This document shows positions 25,783-34,295 of a stretch of DNA of 46,908 nt, one piece after another (within the stretch, counting starts at the first letter, position 1; every line of letters starts with the position of its first letter). The notes below the pieces were generated by a model. That model saw only the letters and a list, made by a program, of their open reading frames with translations. It had not been told where the DNA came from and did not search any database. Origin of the DNA: a virus. Taxonomy: Duplodnaviria; Heunggongvirae; Uroviricota; Caudoviricetes. The DNA lies in IMG/VR virus record IMGVR_UViG_3300008255_000105; one strand, written 5' to 3'. The position numbers and the translations under genes are program-made.

Positions 25783-25801
25783 GTTTTCACCTCAAGTTGA
25801 G

Positions 25802-26836
25802 CTAGATACCCACAGAATCTTTTACTTTCTTCATCAAAACAGAAATTTCAGCACCGACTCCTAATTCTGATTTAAAAATTAAATCATCTAGATCAGAATC
25901 AGAATATTTAGATAGTTCCAAATATCTCTCTCTTTGTTCTTTAAAGAAAAATAAAAATTTTTCAAATAATAATTGCTTACTTTCCATATACCCTATTTCT
26001 CCATTAAAATAAAGTTTTTCTAGATCATTTATTTCAGAGCTATTTGAAAATAATCTATGTAAAGAAAAAATTGTACAATTAGATGGTTTCAATGATTGGC
26101 CTTTTGGAGTCCCGTCTGTTTTTATTTGTTTTATTTTTGTCATCAAAGATTTTTCAGTCTCAAAAATACCTAAATAATTATTATAACTTTTAGACATTTT
26201 TTGTCCATCAGTTCCTGGTATTTTTTCTGCTCCTAAAATAATTTTTGGATCTGGAATTTTCAAAACATTCCCATATTTTGAATTAAATCTAGTAGCTAAT
26301 TCTCTTGCTATTTGAATATGTTGCAATTGATCTTCTCCGACAGGAACAGAATCTGCTGAGATTGAGAGAATATCTGCTGCCATTAAAACTGGATAACAAA
26401 AAGTACCGACATTGATTGTTACTCCGACATTTGCAGCTTCATTAAACTTACCTCGATTTTGGAGTTCTTTTCTTTTATTGTCAGCTTCAAATTCTGCTGC
26501 TTTATAAGCATGTGATCTTAAAAGAGTTCCCATAGGGACAACACAAGACAAAATCCAAGATAATTCACAAATTTCTGGGAATTTACTTTGTCGATAAATA
26601 TGACAAGATTCTGGATCTACTCCTAATGATAAATATTGAATTATCAATTCATGAATGTTATTAGAAATTTCTATTTTGTTATTTAATGTTGTTAAAGCAT
26701 GTAAATCAGCTATAAAAATATAAACATCATCTGATTCGTCTTGATTTATAATTATTGGATTTATTGAAGAAAAATAATTACCTAAATGTAAAAAGTTGCT
26801 CGTTGGCTTAACCCCTGTCATCATTCTCATTTTCAT
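25802..26836 (-). CDS. trpS: Tryptophanyl-tRNA synthetase
   Basis: MTGVKPT, LHLGNY, IADLHALT, YPVLMAADIL, VPVGEDQLQH, KMSKS. Confidence 0.95.
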   Translation of the reverse strand: MKMRMMTGVKPTSNFLHLGNYFSSINPIIINQDESDDVYIFIADLHALTTLNNKIEISNNIHELIIQYLSLGVDPESCHIYRQSKFPEICELSWILSCVVPMGTLLRSHAYKAAEFEADNKRKELQNRGKFNEAANVGVTINVGTFCYPVLMAADILSISADSVPVGEDQLQHIQIARELATRFNSKYGNVLKIPDPKIILGAEKIPGTDGQKMSKSYNNYLGIFETEKSLMTKIKQIKTDGTPKGQSLKPSNCTIFSLHRLFSNSSEINDLEKLYFNGEIGYMESKQLLFEKFLFFFKEQRERYLELSKYSDSDLDDLIFKSELGVGAEISVLMKKVKDSVGI

Positions 26837-26851
26837 CTCTCCTTTTTGGTT

Positions 26852-26860
26852 ATTATATCA
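26852..26860 (-). promoter_or_regulatory. Extended -10 directly upstream of trpS
   Basis: TGATATAAT followed by AGGAGAG RBS. Confidence 0.55.
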
Positions 26861-27147
26861 TTAAAGGATTTTTTCTATAAAAATTAGAAAACACCCTTGA
26901 TCCTAATCATTTGGTTTAATTTTAAATTAGGATCGGTAGAATCGATAAATATCAAAATTATAGTATAAATGTAAAAATAGAAAGTAATGAATAGTATTAA
27001 ATAGTATTAGGAAAGTTCTTTAAAATAAAAAGGAAAGCGTGTTAAGTCAGTGAGGAATTTGTGTTTTAACAGATTTCAATAAGGAGCTATTAAACAGATA
27101 GGGTCTGCACGAAATTGAATTATTCAATAAGGGTTGGGTTGCCCGAA

Positions 27148-27194
27148 AACAGCAGAAGCCGATGGAAGTATTTTCTCCATCGGCTTCTGCTGTT
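27148..27194. terminator. 19-bp perfect hairpin (terminator-like or part of a larger RNA)
   Basis: AACAGCAGAAGCCGATGGA-N9-TCCATCGGCTTCTGCTGTT. Confidence 0.7.
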
Positions 27195-27275
27195 CGTGGG
27201 GGGGCTCACTGGTCTGCCACGATGCCACCACAGGGCCACAGGACGCTCTGAGAGCGCCGTGGGGGAACTCCCCGG

Positions 27276-29174
27276 TCATTCCCCTGTAAAATTCCCCTCG
27301 GGTATATTTAAGCCGGTTTTGCACCTTTTGTTAAATTCTTCTTCTGAAAGTTGTTTGCCATTGATCCACCATTCTTTTGATCCGTCGGCAAATTCAATTG
27401 CTGGCCCGTCTTCTCGATGGAGTTGACCGTTTTGCCACCATTCTTTTGTCCCATTTGCCCATTCAATAGCAGGCCCATCTTCTCGATGAAGTTTGCCATT
27501 TTGGAGCCATTGTTTTGTTCCATTTGCAGATTCAATTGCTGGGCCATCAAGGCGATGGCGTTTGCCATTTTGGAACCATTCTTTTGAACCATCGGCTCGT
27601 TCTTTTGCTGGGCCATCAAGGCGGTGAAGCTGTCCATTTTGCCACCAATGTTTTGAACCATTGGCAAATTCAACGGCTGGGCCATCAAGGCGATGAAGCT
27701 GATCATTGACCCACCATTCTTTTGTCCCATTTGCCCATTCAATAGCAGGCCCATCTTCTCGATGAAGTTTGCCATTTTGGAACCATTCTTTTGTCCCATC
27801 GGCTCGTTCTTTTGCTGGGCCATCTTCTCGATGAAGCAAGCCGTTCAATCGCCATTCTTTTGTCCCATCTTCAAAGGTTTTAAGAGTTGATTTTTCTTTT
27901 GGTCCTTTTGATGGTAATTGTTCGGTTCTTTTTTTAAATTCTTCTTCTGAAAGTTGTTTCCCATGGATAAACCAATATTTATTTCCGCTGATCACTTCAA
28001 TTGCTGACCCATCTTCTCGGTGAAGTTGGCCATTTTGGAACCATTCTTTTAAGCCGTCGGCTTTTTCAACGGCTGGGCCATCAAGGCGATGAAGTTTGCC
28101 ATTTTGTAACCATTCTTTTGAGCCGTCGGCCATTTCAATTGCTGGGCCATCAAGGCGATGAAGCTGGCCATTTTGCCACCATTCTTTTAAGCCATTGTCT
28201 CGTTCAATTGCTGGTCCATCAAGGCGATGAAGTTTGCCATTTTGGAACCATTCTTTTGAGCCGTCGGCCATTTCAATTGCTGGGCCATCAAGGCGATGAA
28301 GTTGACCGTTTTGCCACCAAAATTTTGCCCCGTCGGCAAATTCAACGGCTGGCCCGTCTTCTCGATGGAGTTGACCGTTTTGCCACCATTCTTTTGTCCC
28401 ATCGGCTCGTTCTCTTGCTGGTCCATCAAGGCGATGAAGTTTGCCATTTTGGAACCATTCTTTTGACCCATCGGCAAATTCAATTGCTGGCCCATCTTCT
28501 CGATGAGGTTGACCATTGATGAACCATTTTTTGAACCATTTTTTTGGCCCATTAGGAATTTGAACTATAGTAAAACGTTCTCTTTCATTTGTCTCTTCGT
28601 GGCCGTGGCTGTGCTCTTCGGGGCCGTGGCCGTGGCTGTGCTCTTCGGGGCCGTGGCCGTGGCTGTGCTCTTCGGGGCCGTGGCCGTGGCTGTGCTCTTC
28701 GGGGCTGTGTTCTTCGGGGCCGTGGCTGTGTTCTTCGGGGCCGTGGCCGTGGCTGTGCTCTTCGGGGTTGTGACCGTGCTCTTCTTGGCCGTGCTTGTGT
28801 GCGGCGTCGTGCAATTCCTCCCAAGCTTCTTCAATCTCGTTTATTTTCATCACAGTAAATTCATGTGAAAGGATAAGATAATCACCGAAATCTTCATCAT
28901 AAACGACGACTGCTACTTCTTGTGGGGGACCGAAATCAATAATTTGTTGTGCCAAAACAAGAGAAGCACTGAGGTGTTCTTTTTCATCTTCACAATTCAC
29001 GGGAACAATTGATTGCATCATACCGTTTGCCAATGGTCCATTAGCAGACAAAAGATTCTTTTTGCCGAAAAACCATCGGTATCTGATCGCTACTTTTAGT
29101 TTTTGGTTTGTTTCAAATCCTGGTGTTCCACCATTAACCAAATTGCGAATATCCTCTGGATTGAAAACGCACAT
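27276..29174 (-). CDS. Multidomain protein: unknown N-domain, His-rich repeats, 15 HRxDGPA repeats in two blocks (8+7)
   Basis: ATG 29174 with GAGGAG RBS; repeats counted in the translation. Confidence 0.85.
   Translation of the reverse strand: MCVFNPEDIRNLVNGGTPGFETNQKLKVAIRYRWFFGKKNLLSANGPLANGMMQSIVPVNCEDEKEHLSASLVLAQQIIDFGPPQEVAVVVYDEDFGDYLILSHEFTVMKINEIEEAWEELHDAAHKHGQEEHGHNPEEHSHGHGPEEHSHGPEEHSPEEHSHGHGPEEHSHGHGPEEHSHGHGPEEHSHGHEETNERERFTIVQIPNGPKKWFKKWFINGQPHREDGPAIEFADGSKEWFQNGKLHRLDGPARERADGTKEWWQNGQLHREDGPAVEFADGAKFWWQNGQLHRLDGPAIEMADGSKEWFQNGKLHRLDGPAIERDNGLKEWWQNGQLHRLDGPAIEMADGSKEWLQNGKLHRLDGPAVEKADGLKEWFQNGQLHREDGSAIEVISGNKYWFIHGKQLSEEEFKKRTEQLPSKGPKEKSTLKTFEDGTKEWRLNGLLHREDGPAKERADGTKEWFQNGKLHREDGPAIEWANGTKEWWVNDQLHRLDGPAVEFANGSKHWWQNGQLHRLDGPAKERADGSKEWFQNGKRHRLDGPAIESANGTKQWLQNGKLHREDGPAIEWANGTKEWWQNGQLHREDGPAIEFADGSKEWWINGKQLSEEEFNKRCKTGLNIPEGNFTGE
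28595..28800 (-). repeat. 27-bp tandem repeat encoding (HGPEEHSHG)n
   Basis: GGCCGTGGCTGTGCTCTTCGG units on the + strand. Confidence 0.9.
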
Positions 29175-29241
29175 TTTCGTCACTCCTCGCAGGTATCTTA
29201 GCTCGAAGCTAAGAATAGCACACAGAGACGGGAGAGCAGAG

Positions 29242-30747
29242 ATGGAAGTAAACAAAATCCAAAAGAGAAAACTTAATATTCTATCACAGAATGAACCTGA
29301 TTTAAGTCAGTACAGAACAACTGTTGAACAGGCTAAAGATCTTAAAGATAAAAATACAGGCATAGATGTAACACCAGATATGTTAAGAGATTTTGGCCCT
29401 TCTCAATATCCTCCATACAATCCTGTTGTTAACCCAGAAGATCCTAAAGATGAACCTGGAAAAGCTTATGAAGAATCAATGACACAAGAAAACCAAGATC
29501 AACAAGCAGCTAATGCTGCTTTAGCTGATTTAGGGACATCTGTGGTTGATATGATAGTAACTTTTTCTGGAAGTGAACAAGCCCCAGAAGGATCTGTTGC
29601 AGCCGGTGAAACACAAGGTTTAGTTAAACTCATTTATAACTATTTTGGTGATCTTGTTAAAGAGAAAAGGAATCAATTTGATGTATCTAAAAAAGAAAAG
29701 GCAGAATTAGAACCATACACAGACCCAAGAGAATTTTATATGAAAAGACACACACCAGATTTTGGAACTGGTGCTGCTGGTGCTGGTGCTGCTGCTGGGC
29801 AAGTTGTTGGGAGGGGGATGCAAGGTGGAGACCAAAAAATAGGTCCAGCCCATCAATCAACAGGCAACCCCTTTACCAAACAAAATCTTCACGACACCAT
29901 TTTCTCAACACCAGGAGCACTTGAAAAAGCAATAACAGAATGGTTGAAAGATTGGCATCAACGAGGTGGTGGTGCAGACAACTTTTCACTAAAAGATCCT
30001 ATTAAATATAGTCCTCTTGTTCCATATACAAAACAACAAGAAAGACAAGTTGAAGAGGTTCTTAAAAATATGCCACTTGCTTTTCGTGAACATTATAGAC
30101 ATTTTGTGAATGGAGTTAAATCACCAAGTCAAATGGGAGAACCCGGAACGGTTGACTATAACAATTGGTTATATCCACAATATGCATATCGATCTAATCC
30201 CTGGGAAAGATATCTTGTAGCAGGTGGCAGAGTCCAAGGTTTGCCGGAAGACTGGAATATTGCCGGGAGTCAAATTGCAAGAACTGCACTTGGAGATTAT
30301 TGGCGTCCAGCTAACAGTATGGCCGCTGTTAGAAGACAATATGACAAAATGTATAACCTTGAAACTCCACATTTTAACCCCATCGGATTTAGATGTTTAA
30401 TGTGGATGTTCAATTATTGGAAAGAAAAATATTTAAATGAATATGGTGGTACAAAAATAACAGCGTCTAACCTTCCGAGTGATGTTCCTTCTATTGATCA
30501 AGCTGATCGATACTACAATTCAATTTTATGTCAAGCACAAAGAGAGTTGGGGTTCACATTGGCAAGTTTATTGAAAACAGCAGTTGTTAGAATGGCCCCA
30601 CTGATTTATAGAAGGATGGCTCAAATAGCGTTTAGACAAGGTTTACCAATTGGTTTCGGACTTGGCATCGGTGCTGGATACGCATCAGGAAGGCTTCCAA
30701 GCCCTGCCCCCGAACTGATGGTTGCTCCGCCACCTACAACGCCTTAA
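29242..30747 (+). CDS. Hypothetical protein
   Basis: ATG 29242 with GGGAG RBS (track start 29062 overlaps the divergent gene). Confidence 0.75.
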   Translation: MEVNKIQKRKLNILSQNEPDLSQYRTTVEQAKDLKDKNTGIDVTPDMLRDFGPSQYPPYNPVVNPEDPKDEPGKAYEESMTQENQDQQAANAALADLGTSVVDMIVTFSGSEQAPEGSVAAGETQGLVKLIYNYFGDLVKEKRNQFDVSKKEKAELEPYTDPREFYMKRHTPDFGTGAAGAGAAAGQVVGRGMQGGDQKIGPAHQSTGNPFTKQNLHDTIFSTPGALEKAITEWLKDWHQRGGGADNFSLKDPIKYSPLVPYTKQQERQVEEVLKNMPLAFREHYRHFVNGVKSPSQMGEPGTVDYNNWLYPQYAYRSNPWERYLVAGGRVQGLPEDWNIAGSQIARTALGDYWRPANSMAAVRRQYDKMYNLETPHFNPIGFRCLMWMFNYWKEKYLNEYGGTKITASNLPSDVPSIDQADRYYNSILCQAQRELGFTLASLLKTAVVRMAPLIYRRMAQIAFRQGLPIGFGLGIGAGYASGRLPSPAPELMVAPPPTTP

Positions 30748-30749
30748 AA

Positions 30750-31055
30750 TCAAAAAGAAATATCTTTTTTAGGTATCTCTTCTTCTTCCCACAAATTTCT
30801 ATCCCAATCAGGGGCAGATTTAGATTCATGCCTTTTTTTCACAACCTGTTCAATGTCTTCAAAATAACTTTTTTGTTTTTCAGAAAGACTTTTCCCGCTT
30901 CGGGCTTGTTTAAATAAACTCTTTAAGAATAGTTTTCTATTATCTTCTTCATCCATTCTGTCTAAACAAAATCCTATTCTATCTACTAATTCATTGCTTT
31001 TGTTTTGTTTGAATTCAGATAATTCTTTTGTTTTTTTAATTTGGGACCAACTCAT
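30750..31055 (-). CDS. Hypothetical protein
   Basis: 101-aa ORF in a tightly packed operon. Confidence 0.7.
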   Translation of the reverse strand: MSWSQIKKTKELSEFKQNKSNELVDRIGFCLDRMDEEDNRKLFLKSLFKQARSGKSLSEKQKSYFEDIEQVVKKRHESKSAPDWDRNLWEEEEIPKKDISF

Positions 31056-31520
31056 TTATTTTTTCTCCTGTATCATTTTTTCTAAATTATCACATGGTAT
31101 TACAAAATTTGGTGTAATCAAACCTTTTTCTCTAGCATATTCTGTTATTAAGAAGTTACAATATGGACAATAAAACAAATATCTATCTGCAATTTTAGAA
31201 ATGCCATCAAGTTTAGTAGATCTTTTTGAAAAAGGTATTGCTTTCTTTCCAGAAATGAAAAGGACAGCCTCTTCATCACGATACCTTCTAGGACCTGAGA
31301 TACAATAACCACACCCCAATGCCGCTAAAGATCCATTTTCTCTAATGTAAGCAATCGGTGAAGAAAAAACATCATCCATTTTAATCATAAAAAATAACCA
31401 ATTTCTATCATAATCATTTGGAATCAAATTTAGAACTTGATCTTGAAATTTTATTGATTTTTCATTAATCAATAAAGCTTCTTTATTTAGTTGTTTTTCT
31501 CTAATATCTCTTTTGCTCAT
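31056..31520 (-). CDS. Hypothetical protein with CxxC pairs
   Basis: CGYC, CPYC. Confidence 0.7.
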   Translation of the reverse strand: MSKRDIREKQLNKEALLINEKSIKFQDQVLNLIPNDYDRNWLFFMIKMDDVFSSPIAYIRENGSLAALGCGYCISGPRRYRDEEAVLFISGKKAIPFSKRSTKLDGISKIADRYLFYCPYCNFLITEYAREKGLITPNFVIPCDNLEKMIQEKK

Positions 31521-31912
31521 AGTTCTTGTTCTAATTGTTGTTCATCATCTTTTATCTCAATTTCTTGTTTCTCATTTTGGAATTTAATTTCAAAATCTTC
31601 TCCTAAAACTTGTTTAATGATGTCGTGTGTTAAATCTTCTTTCCCATTAACAACACTTAAATAAATTAGAAGTTCTTCACAATCTTGCAACATATAGACA
31701 CAAGAATTATATAAAATCAATTCTGATGAAGTCATTGAATTAGATATGGATAATGAAGACAATATACTTTTTATTGTTTTGAACTTAATAACAGATTCGT
31801 AAATAACATCTTCAACTGGTGTTTGAATACGTTTTTCTATTTCTGAAATAATTCTTTGTTTTGCTTTTTCAACATGTTCATTCATTTTTTTATTTCCTCT
31901 TTTTCTAATCAT
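31517..31912 (-). CDS. Hypothetical protein
   Basis: ORF; internal ATG about 31885 has an RBS. Confidence 0.65.
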   Translation of the reverse strand: MIRKRGNKKMNEHVEKAKQRIISEIEKRIQTPVEDVIYESVIKFKTIKSILSSLSISNSMTSSELILYNSCVYMLQDCEELLIYLSVVNGKEDLTHDIIKQVLGEDFEIKFQNEKQEIEIKDDEQQLEQEL

Positions 31913-31960
31913 CTAATTGTGTCAATTATACATCAATCTGTTGGGGCCAATAGGTTGGAA

Positions 31961-32566
31961 TTAAACTATCCATTGATCAATCACATGACCACTGTTTTTA
32001 TAGTGGAATAAAATCAATCCAGATCCTAGTTTTTGTTTTGTAGGAATTGGATATCCAATATGAATTTGCAATTTCGTCCAAACATCTAGAGAGATTTTTC
32101 TATTTCTTGCAGGACAAATATCTTTGTCTTTTACAAGTTCTTTTTTCAAGGTTGGGAGATTGTAGCAAGATAAATTCGATTCAATAAAATCTGTCCAAAT
32201 TTTATCCATGTATTGAACCAAATCCATTCTATTTCTTGCAGCTTCGTCTTCAAAGAAATAGTGAATTTCTATTGGTGCTTTGAAAGAGAATAGTTCTGTA
32301 TTTATTTGTGCTGGTTGTCGCCCATGACCTCGCCTTTGTCTTCGCCTTGGGACTATTTGTGGCGCTTCTTCTAATTGTTCGAAAATTTGCTCTTCTGCAT
32401 TTTGTTCAACTAAAACAAAACCATTCTGAAAAAGATTCCATTCTTCTGGTGGAAAACACTTTTCCATCAAATTGCCAACAACAATTCCAGGGCCTTCCAA
32501 AAGAACAACTTCGCAATTTCCTAAAAGATTTCCACGCTCGTCAGGATTTTCACGATCTTCTCTCAT
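31961..32566 (-). CDS. Hypothetical protein
   Basis: ATGA overlap with the ruvB stop. Confidence 0.7.
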   Translation of the reverse strand: MREDRENPDERGNLLGNCEVVLLEGPGIVVGNLMEKCFPPEEWNLFQNGFVLVEQNAEEQIFEQLEEAPQIVPRRRQRRGHGRQPAQINTELFSFKAPIEIHYFFEDEAARNRMDLVQYMDKIWTDFIESNLSCYNLPTLKKELVKDKDICPARNRKISLDVWTKLQIHIGYPIPTKQKLGSGLILFHYKNSGHVIDQWIV

Positions 32567-33636
32567 TGATCTTCCTCTTCATCCAATGGTAGGCCCCACC
32601 GATCATCATCTTTCATAGCATAATATCCTTTTTCAGTAATACTTCGTCCACCTTTTGATATAGTGCAGAAATTATTATGAATCAGATAAGGTTCGATTTC
32701 AAATTGAACTTCTGCTGAATCATCATAATTAAGAGCTTGTGCTAATGAATCTAATCCGATTTTCGAAGTTGCGAGATTCTTAAACAAAACCTGAAGATAT
32801 CTTCTATCCCTATTTTTTAGGCCATATCGATCAAGACCTTGCATCTTCAAGCAATTCAAGGCGTCTTTTACAGAAATTCTTTTTCTTCCATCATTATCTG
32901 CAAAATCTATACATAGCCCAAGAGATGATTTGGCTATTCTCGGTGTATTCCTTGATCTTGACGCAATAATTCTAGCTGCCATTTCATCAATTTCAAAACC
33001 AATCCTTTGTGTCGATGTTTCAACAATGCCTAACAAAATATCAACGCTATATGGCAATAATTCCACTTCAACTTGGAATCTGTTCAAAAAAGGTCTTTCA
33101 AGCATTCCGATCCTAGTTGTTGCACCGATAATAGTAAATGGTTTTGCAAACCCAGAGATAGAGGCTGCTTGCAAATCCTCAATCGGGAATTTGTTGCTTG
33201 TTCTAATATGGATCCACAAGGTCTCCATCAACGGGAAAAGATATTCTTGAATATTTGCATTAATTCTATGAATTTCATCAATAAATAGGATATCACCTTC
33301 ATTCATTGATATCAAAGTTGCAGCAAGAGCATCTGCACGGTTCAATGATTGACCAGATTTAATATGAAATCCATTATCTAATTCGATACCCATTTCACGA
33401 CAAATAATTTCTGCTAATGTTGTCTTCCCACACCCTGATTGACCATGAATCAAAGTGTGGGGGAGAACTGTCCCCCTTCTCTTTGAAGCTGTCATTCTGA
33501 CATTAAGAACTTCAAGTTGCGTGTCTTGACCTTTAAATTCTTCGATTGTTTTTGGACCAAATTCAGCTAATGAAAAACTATTCAAAACCTCTTCTTGAAC
33601 AGCAACATCTTCATCAACTGGCCCTAGATGCCTCAT
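32563..33636 (-). CDS. ruvB: Holliday junction branch-migration helicase RuvB
   Basis: HGQSGCGKTTLA, LFIDEIHR, TIIGATTRIG, RSRNTPRIA, EIEPYLI, KGGRSIT. Confidence 0.93.
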   Translation of the reverse strand: MRHLGPVDEDVAVQEEVLNSFSLAEFGPKTIEEFKGQDTQLEVLNVRMTASKRRGTVLPHTLIHGQSGCGKTTLAEIICREMGIELDNGFHIKSGQSLNRADALAATLISMNEGDILFIDEIHRINANIQEYLFPLMETLWIHIRTSNKFPIEDLQAASISGFAKPFTIIGATTRIGMLERPFLNRFQVEVELLPYSVDILLGIVETSTQRIGFEIDEMAARIIASRSRNTPRIAKSSLGLCIDFADNDGRKRISVKDALNCLKMQGLDRYGLKNRDRRYLQVLFKNLATSKIGLDSLAQALNYDDSAEVQFEIEPYLIHNNFCTISKGGRSITEKGYYAMKDDDRWGLPLDEEEDQ

Positions 33637-33652
33637 GCATCATACCCTTTCC

Positions 33653-33746
33653 GTGGGGTTGCTCTGCCCTACTTCGCCACCCGCCATCAAGCGGCCCAGC
33701 AATGGCAAATAGCGCCGCTGTCAGGCGGCGCTGTCGGCTGTCCCAC
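33653..33746 (-). ncRNA. GC-rich structured RNA / ruvB 5' leader
   Basis: GTGGG/CCCAC closing stem from predicted +1; 8-bp hairpin 33711-33732; second long hairpin. Confidence 0.55.
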
Positions 33747-33752
33747 ACAGCT

Positions 33753-33781
33753 ATTATAGGGTCTCAAGGGGGCTGTGTCAA
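33753..33781 (-). promoter_or_regulatory. Perfect-consensus sigma70 promoter
   Basis: TTGACA (33781-33776), 17 bp, TATAAT (33758-33753). Confidence 0.9.
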
Positions 33782-33793
33782 GCCCGGCGAGGG

Positions 33794-34075
33794 TCAGGGG
33801 GGCGAGGTATTCTCTTTGAACTTTATTTTTATAAAAAGAAAATCATCTTTTAAAAAAATCTCAACATTCTTTGGATCGATTGTGAGATAATCACTTGTGA
33901 CTGTTTTACCAGAAAGAATTTGCTGAATTTCTTCCCTCTCGTTTTTGAGCCTGTTGGTCCCAAGGTACAACAGAGAGGATGGTAATGCAAAAATGAAAAA
34001 AATAGCTAGAATTCTTGCAAAAATTGGAGTTTTTTGAGCATTTTGAATGGTTGCTCTTCTAGTTTCATTTGCCAT
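33794..34075 (-). CDS. Small membrane-anchored protein
   Basis: ILAIFFIFALPSSLLYLG helix. Confidence 0.65.
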   Translation of the reverse strand: MANETRRATIQNAQKTPIFARILAIFFIFALPSSLLYLGTNRLKNEREEIQQILSGKTVTSDYLTIDPKNVEIFLKDDFLFIKIKFKENTSPP

Positions 34076-34076
34076 T

Positions 34077-34271
34077 TTATTTACCTAATAATTTTTTAAT
34101 AACCTTTTCTTTTTGTTGTTTGATGTAATCATTTAAAGCATCAGAAATAGGTCCAGAAATTTTAGTTTGATCATCGTCAGTAGAATTTTCTCTATTCTCT
34201 TCTTCTCTGAGTCTATCATCTCTTTCTTTAACCCATTTATAATATTTTATTACATCCCAATCTGTATCCAT
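34077..34271 (-). CDS. Hypothetical protein
   Basis: 64-aa ORF abutting the next gene. Confidence 0.6.
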   Translation of the reverse strand: MDTDWDVIKYYKWVKERDDRLREEENRENSTDDDQTKISGPISDALNDYIKQQKEKVIKKLLGK

Positions 34272-34295
34272 AATATTAGTTATTCTATAGAATAA

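Noticed and set aside
27200-27240. T-box riboswitch for trpS (GGTGGCATCGTG resembles GGTGGNACCGCG, followed by a hairpin and U-tract)
   Set aside because: Two mismatches including the ACC core, no stem I or specifier loop found, about 370 nt from the start codon, and trpS has its own proximal -10
27125-28560. Diversity-generating retroelement target (repeat protein followed by GC-rich tract and hairpin)
   Set aside because: No reverse transcriptase, no TR/VR pair with adenine-specific differences, no C-type lectin or Ig C-terminus in the window
27308-28868. Many overlapping ORFs in alternative frames and strands (also 1517-1823)
   Set aside because: Shadows of stop-free tandem repeats, with no RBS or independent homology
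33670-33675. GAAGUA in the ruvB-leader RNA complementary to the scaffold's UACUUC
   Set aside because: A 6-mer match is expected by chance many times in 47 kb
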